Positions 1 through 12,587 of a stretch of 64,000 nucleotides of DNA are shown piece after piece. Under the pieces are notes generated by a model that saw nothing but the letters and a program-made list of their open reading frames with translations, was not told the origin of the DNA and did no database searches. The stretch is from Dendrobates tinctorius (Eukaryota): contig NW_027361696.1 in NCBI RefSeq assembly GCF_039654945.1, forward strand, positions 21,452,001 through 21,516,000, in the 5' to 3' direction. Each line of letters starts with the position of its first letter. Position 1 is the stretch's first letter. The translations under genes and the position numbers were made by a program.

Positions 1-1423
1 GGAAAAATCTCTTCCTAGTGAAGGGACACCTATAGGAAGGGGTTGGCAGGGTAGGGAATTTTTTTATCGCCCCTGGCTTTCTCCAAAAGTTCATCTAGAA
101 CTGGATCGAAGAGATATTCTCCCTCACAAGGGATGGAGCAAAGACGGGATCTGGCCTGGATATCTCCAGGCCAGCACTTCAGCCATATAGCCCTTCGGGC
201 CGCATTTGATAGTCCTGCGGCTTTGGCCGTCATCCTTGCCGAATCTGCCGAAGCATCAGTTAAAAAGGCTGCAGCATTCTGGATTGTAGGAAGGGTCTTC
301 AGGATGGACTCTCTCTCGAGGCTCTGTCTTCTGTGACTCAAGCTGGTCCAGCCAGACCATCATAGATCTGGCTGTGCAAGTAGCTGCTACCGCCGGCTTT
401 AGGGCGCCAGCTGACATTTCCCATGTCCCTTTCAGATAGGAATCTGCCTTTTTGTCCAGCGGATCTTTCAAGACCATGTCGTCAAACGGAATAGCAGATT
501 TTTTGGATGCTTTAGCCACCTCTACGTCCAATTTTGGCGCTTTATCCCATCTGATCACCAAGGGGTCCTCAAAGGGATATCGTCGCTTAAAGGCCGGGGG
601 TAGGGAGCCCTTCCTTTCTGGTTTCTTCCATTCCCTATTGATCAGGTTCTGAACCTTGTCGTTTAATGGGAAGATTTACGTTTCCTGGGGTCCAAGCCGC
701 CGAACATCAGGTCTTGTGCTGACCGTTCTGGTTTTGCGTCCGATACCCCCATGGTGGCCCTTACTGCCTTGAGCAACTTATCCACCTGTTCTAGACTCAA
801 GCAGAAATGATTGGAGTCCTCCTCTGAAGAAGATGCAGAAGAAGTTGAGGGCTCTGAGGAATCTTCCATTTCCCCTAGGGCCAGCTGAGGAGTCCGACCC
901 TGAGAAACTCACTCCCTCGCATGACCTGTCGATTTGCCTGCTGGTCTCCCATTCTGGTCTCAGCCCGGCTTCAAGCTACTTAGCGGCTGACACCTGACAG
1001 AAGCAGTCACACAGCCTAGAAGGGCCGGTGGCCCGCAGGACGACTGCACCAGGAGCAGGATCCGGGGGTTCGGGGGGAAAAACTACTCACGTGCCGGCGC
1101 TGGCCCTGGAGACGGGCATCCTCCGGACCCCACTCCCACCTGCTCCACACACCGTCGTGGAGCCCTGCCCGGGCCCACCGTGGCGCTTCCAGGGGACCCC
1201 GTACTGACCGAGGTAGGAGACCCCCCCCCGCTACCTGAGTCAGTCAGCCAGCCTGGGGATTCCTCATCCATTATGGTACGATCTGTAGGGAATCCTGTCC
1301 TCCAGGAACAGGAAACCAACTAATGCGTGGGAGAGGTGCCGCCCTTGTGCATCTGTAGGATTTCCTGTTCCTGAAGGGCGGATCCCCTCTCTCAGGCGGT
1401 GCTGTCATAGACGATCGAATAAA
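1..1423 (-). mobile_element. DIRS1-like tyrosine-recombinase retrotransposon, 5' part (left ITR plus frameshifted gag), running off the window edge
   Basis: Minus-strand start TTTATTCGATCGTCTATGACAGCACC...GGATCCGCCC...GGAACAGGAAA resembles the left terminus of the DIRS at 56063. ORF fragments 663-869, 256-561 and 30-341 (LKDPLDKKADSYLK, ARRAIWLKCWPGD..PCEGEYLF) align with gag 56650-57777. Confidence 0.85.
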
Positions 1424-1523
1424 ATATGAAAGAATCTCAAAAACTAATGAAAAATCACTCATTGGAACTAGCTGCACAAAGACTTTTTTTTTTGCAAAAC
1501 AAACATACAGTGGGTAAGGAAAG

Positions 1524-1945
1524 TGTTGTGTCCCATGAATGGAACAACCTGTAATGTATATTTCTCTGTTTAGTTTTCCTCCAATCAGCAAAATTCCCAG
1601 TTGTTGCAAGGTAGAATTAGATTGTGTGAAAATTGTCCCTACTGTAGTTGAGCTCTGTATTAGGTTGCTCCTCCCTTCTTCAGTTTAGCCTAAAGCAGCC
1701 ATTACGCAAGACACATGTCTACTCCCCTGTACAGATTACTCCTTTTTACCTACTGTCCATTGTAAACTAGTACAAGATTTTGGAAGAAAACAGCATCGTT
1801 TCTCCTGGTCTTTCTACAGTTGCATTGTCAGTGGAGTTAAAACTATCTGAGGACGCCTGGTGGTATAAGTACAAGTTATACAATTATCTAAGAAGCTGAT
1901 AGTTAGAACGTTTGGGATTTACAGCCAGCAGGAAGAGACAGAATA
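1524..1945. mobile_element. Solo-LTR-like insertion (422 bp) with 5-bp TSD GAAAG
   Basis: Interrupts the Tc1 TIR. Begins TGTT and ends AATA (one change from AACA). GAAAG is duplicated at 1519-1523 and 1946-1950. Confidence 0.6.
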
Positions 1946-1994
1946 GAAAGTATTCAGATCCCTTTAAATTTTTCACCTTTTGTTTCATTGCAGC

Positions 1995-2868
1995 TGTAGT
2001 GAAATATGTACGGCTGTATGACCAGCAGTAATTAATATTTTTTCTAGGCTGCAGCTCTTCACAAAGGTCACAACCTATGTTATCCTGAGAAGACAGTTTT
2101 CCTGGTCCCTGACCCCCCAGGAGGCCTTCCTGATAACACACACAGAAATGGAAACATTTCACACCTCCTAGTGTCTTTGATGGGAAGACACCAAATTGAA
2201 GCCTATTTACTATGATAAAGAAAAGCTATACAAACAGCGTTCAGACAAAAAATAATGTATTCATTGGTAGAGTCGCCATAATCCAGTGACAAACCAGCAA
2301 TTAGAATATTAACATGAGAGGATGTTCTAGGAATCTGATCTCCAGGTTAAATCTATAAATTGGTCCTTTACACATAGAAAGATGTTCACAGACTGAGGGA
2401 CAGCCCAGCTGGTGCAAGCCATTCCATATTCATCCCCCCCAGGGAGCAGAATGCCAGACTGCAAGGTTTAGATATTTCTGTAAGTTTCTTACTTTTATAA
2501 CTGTTTAATATATTTGCATGTCATTTTTTATATCCATATTTTTTATATCCTTTTATTATAAGCACTGTACCTTTTCTATTAAAGCTTAAAACTTTAATAA
2601 GTTTGAACCTAGTATGCTCTAAAGAATCCATAACCTTAAAGTGTGTAACCCTGGTGATTGGCATATAGTAGTAGTGTTTCCGGGACTCATTGCCCATATG
2701 TTCGGTGAGTGGGTCAGCGTGTGTATGAAGCAGGGTATGTGATCTGTGTCGGAATTTATGCTCCCACTGCAGCATAGAACAGAGGTTGAATGCTGGCCTG
2801 AGAGAGGAGATAGATTAAGCCTTGCAGGTACAACCCCAAGTCACATGCTGAGACGTGGGTATATGACA
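1995..2868. mobile_element. Solo-LTR-like insertion (874 bp) with 5-bp TSD GCAGC
   Basis: TGT...ACA termini. GCAGC is duplicated at 1990-1994 and 2869-2873. Removing it restores the Tc1 TIR (ttcattgcagccattt). Confidence 0.7.
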
Positions 2869-3192
2869 GCAGCCATTTGTTAAATTCAAAAAAGTTCATT
2901 TTTCTTCTCATTAATGTACACTCTGCACCTCATCTTGACTGAAAATAACTAGAAATGTTTGCAAATTTATTAAAAAAGAAAAACTGAACTATCACATGGT
3001 CATAAGTATTCAGACCCTTTGCTCAGACACTCATATTTAAGTCACATGCTGTCCATTTCCTCGTGATCCTCGAGATGGTTCTACTCCTTCATTGGAGTCC
3101 AGCTATGTTTAATTAAACTAATAGGACTTGATTTGTAAAGGCACACACCTCTCTACATAAGACCTCACACCTTACAGCGCATGCCAGACCAA

Positions 3193-4318
3193 ATGACAAT
3201 CACGAGATCAAAGGAACAGGCCAAGGAGCTCAGAAACAGAATTGTGGCAAGGCACAGATCTGTTAGTTTACTGTAAGTGATATCTGTAATTTGTATGTAA
3301 CCCCTTCTCATCTATAGCACCATGGAATCAATGGTGCTATATAAATAAATAAAAATAATCTGGCCAAGGTTACAGAGGAATTTCTGCAGTACTCAGGGTT
3401 CCTAAGAGCACAGTGGCCTCCATAATCCTTAAAAGGAAGAAGTTTGGGACCACCAGAAGTCTTTCCAGACCTGGTAGTCCATCCAAACTGAGCAATCGTG
3501 GAAGAGCCTTGGTGAGAAAGGTAAAGAACCACCCCAAGATCACTGTGGCTAAGCCCCACAGATGCAGTAGGGAGATGGGAGAAAGTTCCACAAAGTCAAT
3601 TATCAATGCAGCCCTCCACAAGTCGGGCCTTTATGGTAGAGTGACCCAAAGGAAGCCTCTCCTCAGTGCAAGACATATGAAAGCCTGTATAGTTGGCTAA
3701 AAACAAAAACCACATGAAGGACTACCAGACTATGAGAAATAAGATTCTCTGGTCTGATGAGACAAAAATAGAACTTTTTGTTGATAGTTCTAAGTGGTAT
3801 GTGTGGAGAAAACCAGTCACTGCTCATCACCTGCCCAATACAATCCCATGAAACATGATGGTGGCAGCATCATGCTATGGGGGTGTTTTCCAGCTGCAGG
3901 GACAGGACAACTGGTTGCAATTGAAGGAAACATGAATGTGGCCAAGTACAGAGATATCCTGGATGAAAACCTCTTCCAGAGTGCTGTGAACCTCAGACTT
4001 GGCCGAAGGTTCACCTTCCAACAAGACAATGACCCTAAGTACACAGCTAAAATAACAAAGGAGCGGCTTCAGAACAACTCTGTGACCATTCTTGACTGGC
4101 CCAGCCAGAGCCCTGACCTAAACCCAACTGAGCATCTCTGTAGAGGCCTGAAAATGGCTGTCCAACAATGTTCACCATCCAACCTGATGGAACTGGGGAG
4201 GATCTGCAAGAAAGAATGGCAGAGGATCCCCAAATACAGGTGTGAAAAACTTGTGGCATCATTCCCAAGAAGACTCATGGCTGTACTAGCTCAAAAGGGT
4301 GCTTCTACCCAATACTGA
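3193..4318 (+). pseudogene. Tc1 transposase pseudogene
   Basis: Frameshifted pieces with WSDETK, GGSIMLWGCF and FQQDNDPK motifs; interrupted by a LINE tail. Confidence 0.8.
3263..3357 (+). mobile_element. 5'-truncated LINE (L2/CR1-type) 3' tail
   Basis: Hairpin TATAGCACCAT-ggaatca-ATGGTGCTATA followed by an AAAT-type tail. ATCTG is duplicated at 3258-3262 and 3358-3362 within the Tc1 coding region. Confidence 0.6.
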
Positions 4319-7300
4319 GCAAAGGGTCTGAATACTTATGGCCATGTGATATTTCAGTTTTTCTTTAATACATTTGCAAAAGTTTCTACATCTGTTTTTT
4401 TTCAGTCAAGATGGGTGCAGAGTGTACATTAATGAGAAAAAAAAAGAACTTTTTTGAACTTACCAGCTTGCTCCAATGAAACAGAGTGAAAAATTTAAAG
4501 GGGTCTGAATACTTTCTGTAACCACTGTATTAAACGGAGGGTGAAATTGTGGGCCACTTGCTAGCAACTATGGTTAACCCCTTAACCCCCAAGGGTGGTT
4601 TGCACATTCATGACCGGGCCAATTTTTACAATTCTGACCACTGTCCCTTTATGAGGTAATAACTCTGAAACGCTTCCATGGATTCTGACACTGTTTTCTC
4701 GTGACATATTGTACTTCATGTTAGTGATAAAGTTTCATTCAAATAACGCGTTTATTTGTGAAAAAAACGGAAATTTGGCGAAAATTTTTAAAATTCCGCA
4801 ATTTTCAAACTTTGAATTTCTATGCCCTTAAATCAGAGATACGGCACACAAAAAACTTAAGTTACATTTCCCACATGTTTACGTTACATCGGCACAATTT
4901 TGGAATCAAAATTTATTTTTGGTTAGGAAGTTATAAGGGTTAAAAGTTGACCAGCGATTTCTCATTTTTGCAACACCATTTTATTTTTACGGATCACATT
5001 TGAAGCCACTTTGAGGGGTCTATATGATAGAAAATACCCAAAAGTGACACCATTCTAAAAACTGCACCCCTTAAGGTGCTCAAAACCACATTCAAGAAGA
5101 TTATTAACCCTTCAGGTGTGTCACAGGAATTTTTTGAATATTTAAAAAAAAAAAAAAAAATTAACATTTAACTTTTTCACAAAAAAAAATACTTCAGGTT
5201 CAATTTTTTTTATTTTACCAAGGGTAACAGGAGAAATTGGACTGCAAAAGTTATTGTGCAGTTTGTCCTGAGTACGCCGATACCTGATATGTGGGGGGAA
5301 CCACTGTTTCAGCGCATGGAAGAGCTCAGAAGGGAAGGAGCGTTGTTTGACTTTTTCAATGCAAAATTGGCTGGAATTCAGATCGGACGCCATGTCACGT
5401 TTGGAGAGCCCCTGATGTACCTAAACAGTGGAAACCCCCCACAAGTGACCCCATTTGGGAAACTAGACCCCACAAGAAACTTAACTAGATATGTGGTGAG
5501 AACTTTGAACCCACAAGGGCTTCACAGAAGTTTATAACGTACAGCGGTACAATTAAAAAATCATTTTTTCCACAAAAATGATTTTTACCCCCAATTTTTA
5601 TTTTTCCAAGGGTAACAGGACCCTAAAAGTTATTGTGCAATTTGTCCTGAGTACGCTGATGCCCCATATGTGGGAGAAAACTACTGTATGGGCGCACGTC
5701 GGGGCTCGGAAGGGAAGTAGTGACGTTTTGGAATGCAGACTTTGATGGAATGCTCTGCGGGTGTCATGTTGCCTTTGGAGAGCCCCTAATGTACCTAAAC
5801 AGTGGAAACCCCCCATAAGTGACCCCATTTTGGAAACTAGACCCCCTAAGGAACTTATCTAGATGTGTGGTGAGCACTTTGAACCCCCAAGGGCTTCACA
5901 GAAGTTTATAATGCCCGGGCATGAAAATAAAAAAAATTGTATTTTTTTCCACAAACATGATCATTTAGTCGCCAATTTTTTTTTTTATTTTCCCAAGGGT
6001 AACAGGAGAAATTAGACCCCAAAAGTTGTTTTCAAATTTGTCCCGAGTATGCTGATACCCCATATGTGGGAGAAAACTACCGTATGGGCACACGTCAGGG
6101 CTCGGAAGGGAAGTAGTGGCGTTTTGGAATGCAGACTTTGATGGAATGGTCTGCGGGTGTAATGTGCGTTTGGAGAGCCCCTGATGTACCTAAACTATTG
6201 AAACAACCCCACAGGTGACACCATTTTGGAAGCTAGACCCCCCCACGGAACTTATCTAGATGTGTGGTGAGCACTTTGAACCCCCAAGTGCTTCACAGAA
6301 GTTTATAACGCCCGGACGTGAAAATAAAAAAATCATTTTTTTTTCCACAAAAATATTTTTGCCCACAATTTTTTTATTTTCCTAAGGGTAACAGGAGAAA
6401 TTGGACCCCAAAAGTTGTTTTGCAATTTGTCCCGAGTACGCTGATACCCCATATGTTGGGGTAAAACACTGTTTGGGTGCATGGCAGAGCTTGGAAGGGA
6501 AGGAGCACCATTTGACTTTTTCAACGCAGAATTGGCTGGAATTGAGATCAGACGCCATGTTGAATTTGGAGAGCCCCTGATGTGCCCAAACAGTGGAAAC
6601 CCTCCCAATTATAACTCCAACCCTAACCACAACACACCCCTAACCCTAATCTCAGCCCTAATGGGAAAATGGAAATAAATACATTTTCTTTTAATTTTAT
6701 TATCTTTCCCTAACTAAGGGGGTGATAGCGGGGGGTTTGATTTACTATTTAAGGCGGTTTTTATTTTTGGCAGCTGTCATACGCTAAGGCTATGTGCCCA
6801 CGTTGCGTTTAAATCCGGACACTGAAAACCGGACTCCTTCCCAGAAATCGCACGTTTTTTTCCCACACGATTATGTCCGCGATTTTGTCGCGATTTTCGC
6901 GTGCGATATTCAAGCACTTTGCAAGCGATTTGAAGCATCGCTTGGAAAGTGATTGACAGGTTGGTCACACTCAAACAGTGTTTGACAAGTGTGACCAGCT
7001 TTTTACTATTGAGGCCGCATATGCGGCCTCAATAGTAAAAGATAGAACGTTAAAAATGATGAAAAAAAATAAAATAAAAATTGGGGTATATTTACCTTCC
7101 GACGTCTCGCGCTGTCTCAGTGACGCTCCCATTCCCGGCGATGCCTTGCGAGACCTGTGATGACGTTGGTCTCGCATTGCTATAGCGATTTCACGAGACC
7201 GCTAGAGTCACGTGAGACTACGTCATCACAGGACCTTGCCGCAAGGCATTACTGGGAACGCTGAAGCCCGTTTAGGCAGCGCGGGACGTCGGAAGGTAAA

Positions 7301-8130
7301 TATACCCCGATTTTTTTTTTTTTTACAGGGGTATGGTACCCAGGGCCTGGAGGACAGTCTCCTCTCCTCCACACCGTGGGTACCAACCGCACATGAGACG
7401 CTTAATTTCGCGCATGGTGGGCATAGCCACATGCGGGAAGTAAGCGATTCTCATGCATTCCTATGGGTGCGGAATCGCGGCAATTCTTTGTGATTCCGCA
7501 CAAAAGAATGAGCATGCTGCGATTTTTTCAGCGATGCAAATCCGCTGCGGAAAAAAGCACAGCATTAGCACAGCATGTGCGGAATGCATGGGGGGGGGCG
7601 TTCTGTACACGATTTTTAAACGTTTTCGTGGCAAAAACGCTAAAAAAAAAAAAAAAAAAAAAGGAGATTTTTGTGTACTCACCGTAAAATCTCTCTCTCT
7701 TAGCCTTTAATTGGGGGACACAGAACCGTGGGTGTTATGCTGCTGTCCACTAGGAGGCGACACTATGCATAATCTGAAAAAGATTAACTTTGGCTCCTCC
7801 TCTGCAGTATACACCCCTGGACGGCGTCAGCCTTCTCCAGTTTTGTGCCAAAGCATAAGGAGGAACGTAACCAAATAACATAACCATGCCTGTAAGAAGG
7901 CTACTATGTACGAGCTCAAAAAACAATATAAGAACTCAACAGTAAACAACGGCCCGTAAGGGCAACAGGGTGGGAGCTGTGTCCCCCAATTAAAGGCTAA
8001 GAGAGATTTTACGGTGAGTACACAAAAATCTCCTTTACTCTGTCGCCTAATTGGGGGACACAGAACCGTGGGACGTCCCAAAGCAGTCCCTGGGTGGGAA
8101 GCAGTGGACGAATATTGTATTGACAGTTCC

Positions 8131-9174
8131 CTAGACTTGGGGTACTGCCGCCTGCAGAACCAGTCTACCCAGGCTCGCATCCGCTGAGGACTGGGTATGA
8201 ACACTGTAGTGTTTCCTAAACGTGTGTAGGCTAGTCCAAGTGGCCGCCTTACACACTTGTTGTGCCGAAGCCTGATGCCGAATGGCCCAGGAGGCCCCTA
8301 CTGCCCGTGTAGAGTGTGCCGCGATACCGGCCGGAAGAGGGGAACTGTTAAGTCGGTAGGCCTCATGTACGGTGGACTTGATCCACCTGGCAAGGGTAGC
8401 CTTGGAAGCCGGCAACCCCTTGCGACTACCTTCCGGAAGAATGAAGAGGGAATCAGATTTCCGGAAAGGTGCAGTCCTGGACACGTAAATCCGCAATGCT
8501 CTGACGAGGTCAAGCGTATGCAGAGCCTTCTCCACTCTATGAACCGGAACCGGGCAAAGGGAAGGCAGTGAAATCTCCTCATTAAGGTGAAAGTTGGACA
8601 CAACCTTCGGAAGGAAGGATGGTACCGTGCGGAGAACCACCTTGTCCTGGTGAAAGGCTAGGAAAGGCCGTCTGCAGGAAAGTGCTGACAATTCCGACAC
8701 TCTGCGTAACGAGGTGATCGCCACTAGAAAAACCACTTTCTGAGACAGAATGGAGAGTGGAACTCCTCTAAGAGGTTCGAAGGGTGGAGCTTGCAATGCT
8801 GTCAGGACCAGATTGAGGTCCCACGTATCCAGCGGACGTTTGTAGGGAGGAACCAATCGGGAAACTCCCTGGATGAAAGTCCTTACTTGCGGTTTAATAG
8901 CAATGCGCTTTTGAAAAAGGACTGAAAGCGCCGACACCTGACTCTTAAGCGAACTTAAGGATAGCTTGGCATCTAGTCCCGATTGAAGAAAACCTAGTAC
9001 CTTCTGGAGGGAATAAGGGAGTGGGACTTGTCCATGAGATTCGCACCAAGAAAAGAAAGCTCTCCAGGTACGATAATAGAGCTTGGCGGAGGCAGGCTTC
9101 CTTGCCCTGATCATAGTTGCAATGACTGCCGGTGAAAAACCTGCCTGGGTTAGAATCCAGGTTTGAAGGGCCAT
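8131..9174 (-). CDS. DIRS tyrosine recombinase (integrase)
   Basis: Catalytic R (TSLRRVSEL), H-x-x-R (AHSTR) and Y (FRKHY). The open frame extends to 9876, overlapping pol; the likely start is MALQTW at 9174. Confidence 0.9.
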   Translation of the reverse strand: MALQTWILTQAGFSPAVIATMIRARKPASAKLYYRTWRAFFSWCESHGQVPLPYSLQKVLGFLQSGLDAKLSLSSLKSQVSALSVLFQKRIAIKPQVRTFIQGVSRLVPPYKRPLDTWDLNLVLTALQAPPFEPLRGVPLSILSQKVVFLVAITSLRRVSELSALSCRRPFLAFHQDKVVLRTVPSFLPKVVSNFHLNEEISLPSLCPVPVHRVEKALHTLDLVRALRIYVSRTAPFRKSDSLFILPEGSRKGLPASKATLARWIKSTVHEAYRLNSSPLPAGIAAHSTRAVGASWAIRHQASAQQVCKAATWTSLHTFRKHYSVHTQSSADASLGRLVLQAAVPQV

Positions 9175-10943
9175 GCCGTCAAATTGAGAGCCCCTGAATT
9201 CTGGTGGAAGAACGGACCTTGAGACAGAAGGTCGTGACGGTCGGGTAGACGCCAGGGGGCGTCTGCCGTAAGTTGGACGATGTCGGCGTACCATGTACGT
9301 CTGGGCCAGTCTGGCGCGATGAGGATGGTCGGAAATCCCTCTTGCTTGATCTTCCTCACGACCCTGGCGATTAGGGGGAGGGGTGGAAAAATGTACAGGA
9401 GTCGGAACTGGGACCAGTCCTGGACCAGGGCATCCGCTCCGAGCGACCGCGGGTCGTGTGTCCTGGCCATGAAATTGGGGACCTTGGTATTGAGATGGGA
9501 TGCCATTAGGTCCACCTCCGGGGTTCCCCAGCATTGACAGATCTGGTAAAAAATCTCGGGATGGAGAGACCACTCCCCCGAGTCCATTCCTTGCCTGCTG
9601 AGGAAGTCGGCTTCCCAGTTTTCTACACCCGGAATGTGTACCGCAGAAAGTACCGACCTCGTGTCTTCCGCCCAGCGGAGGATATGAGCCACTTCTCTCA
9701 TCGCCTGGGCGCTGCGGGTCCCGCCTTGGTGGTTCACGTATGCCACAGCCGTGGCATTGTCCGACTGTATCCGTATGTGCGAGGCTGCAAGCAAGTGATG
9801 AAAGGCTCTCAGTGCCAAGAGGATGGCCCTGATTTCCAGAACATTGATGGGCAATGTCACTTCCCTCGGTGACCACTTGCCCTGTGATGTAGGTGCACCG
9901 CCCCCCAGCCTGTCAGGCTTGCATCGGTAGTCAGGATCTTCCATTGTCCTGAGAGGAATGGCTTCCCTCGTGTAAGCGAGGTTGGTTTGAGCCACCAATG
10001 CAGGGACCTCCTGGTTGATGACGTCAACCTGAACTCCCTGTCGAGGGAGAAGGGTTTCCTGTCCCAAGATCCGAGTATGGCTAGTTGAAGGACCCTGAGG
10101 TGAAACTGGGCAAATGGCACTGCCTCTATTGCTGCTGCCATCCTGCCGAGGACTCTCATGGCAAACCGGAGAGATCGAGGAGGACTGCGAAGGAGTGTGC
10201 GAACTCCCAGACGGATGGCCAGTGTCTTGTCCTTGGGAAGGAGCACCAGGCCCCTGGCGGTGTCGAATACCATTCCCAGGAATGTTAGAGTCCGAGTTGG
10301 GATAGTCGACGATTTCTGTAGGTTGACTAGCCATCCCAGGCGACTCAGAGTGTCTAGTGTGATTGAGACACTGACCTCGCAGTCTTTGAAAGTGGGAGAC
10401 TTGATGAGGAGGTCGTCCAGGTACGGGACGACTAGGATGCCTCTTGAGTGCAGGACGTCCATGGTGGCCGCCATGACTTTGGTGAACGTTCTTGGAGCCG
10501 TGGCGAGTCCGAACGGAAGGGCGACACTGGTAGTGGTTTTGGTTGACCGCGAACCTGAGAAACCTCTGGTGGGCGGGAGCAATTGGTATGTGGAGATACG
10601 CATCCTGTATGTCTATGGAGGCGAGGTATTCTCCCTGGTCCATGGATGCAATGATGGACCGGAGGGACTCCATGCGGAAATGACGGACCCGTACGTAATT
10701 GTTGAGCTGTTTTAGGTCCAGTATGGGTCGGACGCCGCCTCCTTTCTTGGGGACTACGAACAAATTTGAGTAGAATCCTCGGAATCTCACGTTCGCGGGA
10801 ACCGGCACCACAACTCCTGATTGAAGGAGAGAGGAAACCGCTTGGTGGAAAGCACGAGCCTTTTCTGGTGGTGTTGGAGGAATAGAAAGGAAGAACCGGT
10901 TCGGTGGAACGGAAGTGAACTCTATCTTGTATCCGGAAGACAC
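9150..10943 (-). pseudogene. DIRS pol: reverse transcriptase - RNase H - DNA N6-adenine methyltransferase-like domain, with two compensating frameshifts
   Basis: RPILDLK...SIDIQDAYLHIPI in frame 9150-10943; LPFGL/YLDD/TTDAS in frame 9857-10603; then back to INVLE, SDNATAVAY, VDLMAS, YIFPP, LIAPDWP. Confidence 0.88.
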
Positions 10944-11043
10944 TATTTCCCTGACCCACCTGTCTTCTGTAATAGGCAGCCAGACTTGCTGAAAGAGTAA
11001 AAGTCGGCCGCCTACTGGTGGGGTGTCTTCCGGAGGTCTCGAG

Positions 11044-12587
11044 TCATGATGAAGCGAAGTTCTGAGGTTTTTCTCCCTTGGGTTTCGCTTGGCCTGCTTT
11101 CGACTGCCAAGCCCTGTCCAGTCGCTGCTGCGTCCGTGGGTTGTCTCTGCGTGGAGAACGGTTGCGGTTTTGCACTGGGCGCGAAACGGACCAGCCCGAG
11201 GAATTCCGAAAGGATCGGAATCGCGTCTGGTTTCTTCGTTTAAACGTGCGTTTCGGTTTTAGTTGAGGGAGAGAGGTACTCTTACCCCCAGTGGCATTGG
11301 CTATCATGGTGTCCAACTTTTCGCCGAAAAGTCTTCCAGTAAAATACGGAAGTCGCGTGAGGGACTTCTTTGAGGCCGCATCCGCTTTCCATTCTCGCAG
11401 CCAGAGGATGCGTCGGATCGTGATGGCGTTTGATGCTATTCCCGCTACACCTCTGGCGGAATCCAGGGCTGCATGAGTCATGTAGTCTGCTACCACTGCT
11501 ATCTGGACCGCTTGGTCCGAGAGCTCAGGATTTGAAGCCTGAAGACCCTCCTGTAGTTTTTTGGCACAAGCCAGGATGGCCTTGGCTGCCCAAACTGAAG
11601 CAAACGCAGGGCCCAGAGAGGCGCCTGCCGCTTCGAAAATAGAACGAGCCATGCGTTCTACTTGCCGGTCTGCTGCGTCCCTGAGGGTTGAGCTATCCGG
11701 CAGAGAGAGTAAAGTCTGCACTGCTAGCCTAGAAACCGGAGGGTCCACTTCAGGTGGATCTGTCCATTGTTTGGTGTCTGTGGGAAGGGGTACTTCGCTT
11801 CCAAATATTTGCGACTAGCGAATTTTTTCTCAGGCTGCGCAAACTGTTTGGTATTTTCTCAAACTCATGGTGATTAGGGAAGACCTTAGGTGGTTTCTGA
11901 ACACTTTCGAAGCAAATCCTATGTTCTGGGACTTCCGGGGGCGACTCTGGAATTTTTAGCACCCGATGAATGGCAGAAATTATGTCCTCAACTAGCGCTG
12001 TATTGCTAGGGGGAGAAGGTACCACGGACCTGACCGTTTCGTTATCTGAGTCGGAGTCACAGATGCCCTCCGAATCCTGTGCCTCGCTAAGGTGATCCCT
12101 GGAGGGCGACCTGGGGCGGGGGATCCCTGTGGTAAATTGCACTGTCTGTGGCAGGGGACTGCCCAGGAGACCTGGAATGACGCTGTCTCTCCCTGGAGGG
12201 GGACGACCTTGTGCTATAGTGCGACTCAGGTGATTGAGACCTGTGGGTCCGCTTACGTCTGTGAGAGTCGTAAGCAGCATGTTCCTGAGACAAGCTGTCC
12301 GTTTGCTGTGTACCGTCCATAGCCGGGGCCCGACTCTTCAGAGCTTGCAGTAATGTAGCAGTTAGGTTGTCTATGGACTGTGACATAGACTGAGACATCC
12401 GAGTTGCCCATTCCGGCGTGGCCTGTGACACTGAAGCGTCAGTAGGGACTCCCTGGGGTTCTGACCCAGAGTTCTGGATGCAGTCCCGGCAGTGCGGATA
12501 CGTGCTGCCACTAGGGAGCGTGGCTTTGCAGGCTGTGCAGAATGCATAGAAACATTCCTGCCTGGTTCTCTTCCTTGAGCCCGGCAT
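11044..12587 (-). pseudogene. DIRS gag/ORF1 (frameshifted) with an N-terminal CxxC...CxxC motif
   Basis: ORFs 12087-12587 (CTAC...CRDC), 11750-12280 and 11044-11748 (RRILWLREW...GRLFGEKLD). Confidence 0.8.

Larger units (their letters stand above)
1508..4527 (+). mobile_element. Tc1-like DNA transposon with degenerate transposase and long TIRs, carrying three younger insertions
   Basis: TA|CAGTGGGTAAGGAAAG at 1506-1523 and ...ACCACTG|TA at 4521-4529. The left TIR is reconstituted from 1508-1523 + 1951-1994 + 2874 onward. Transposase pieces at 3413-3700 and 3794-4318 (QQDNDPK...SPDLNPTEHL). Confidence 0.88.
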
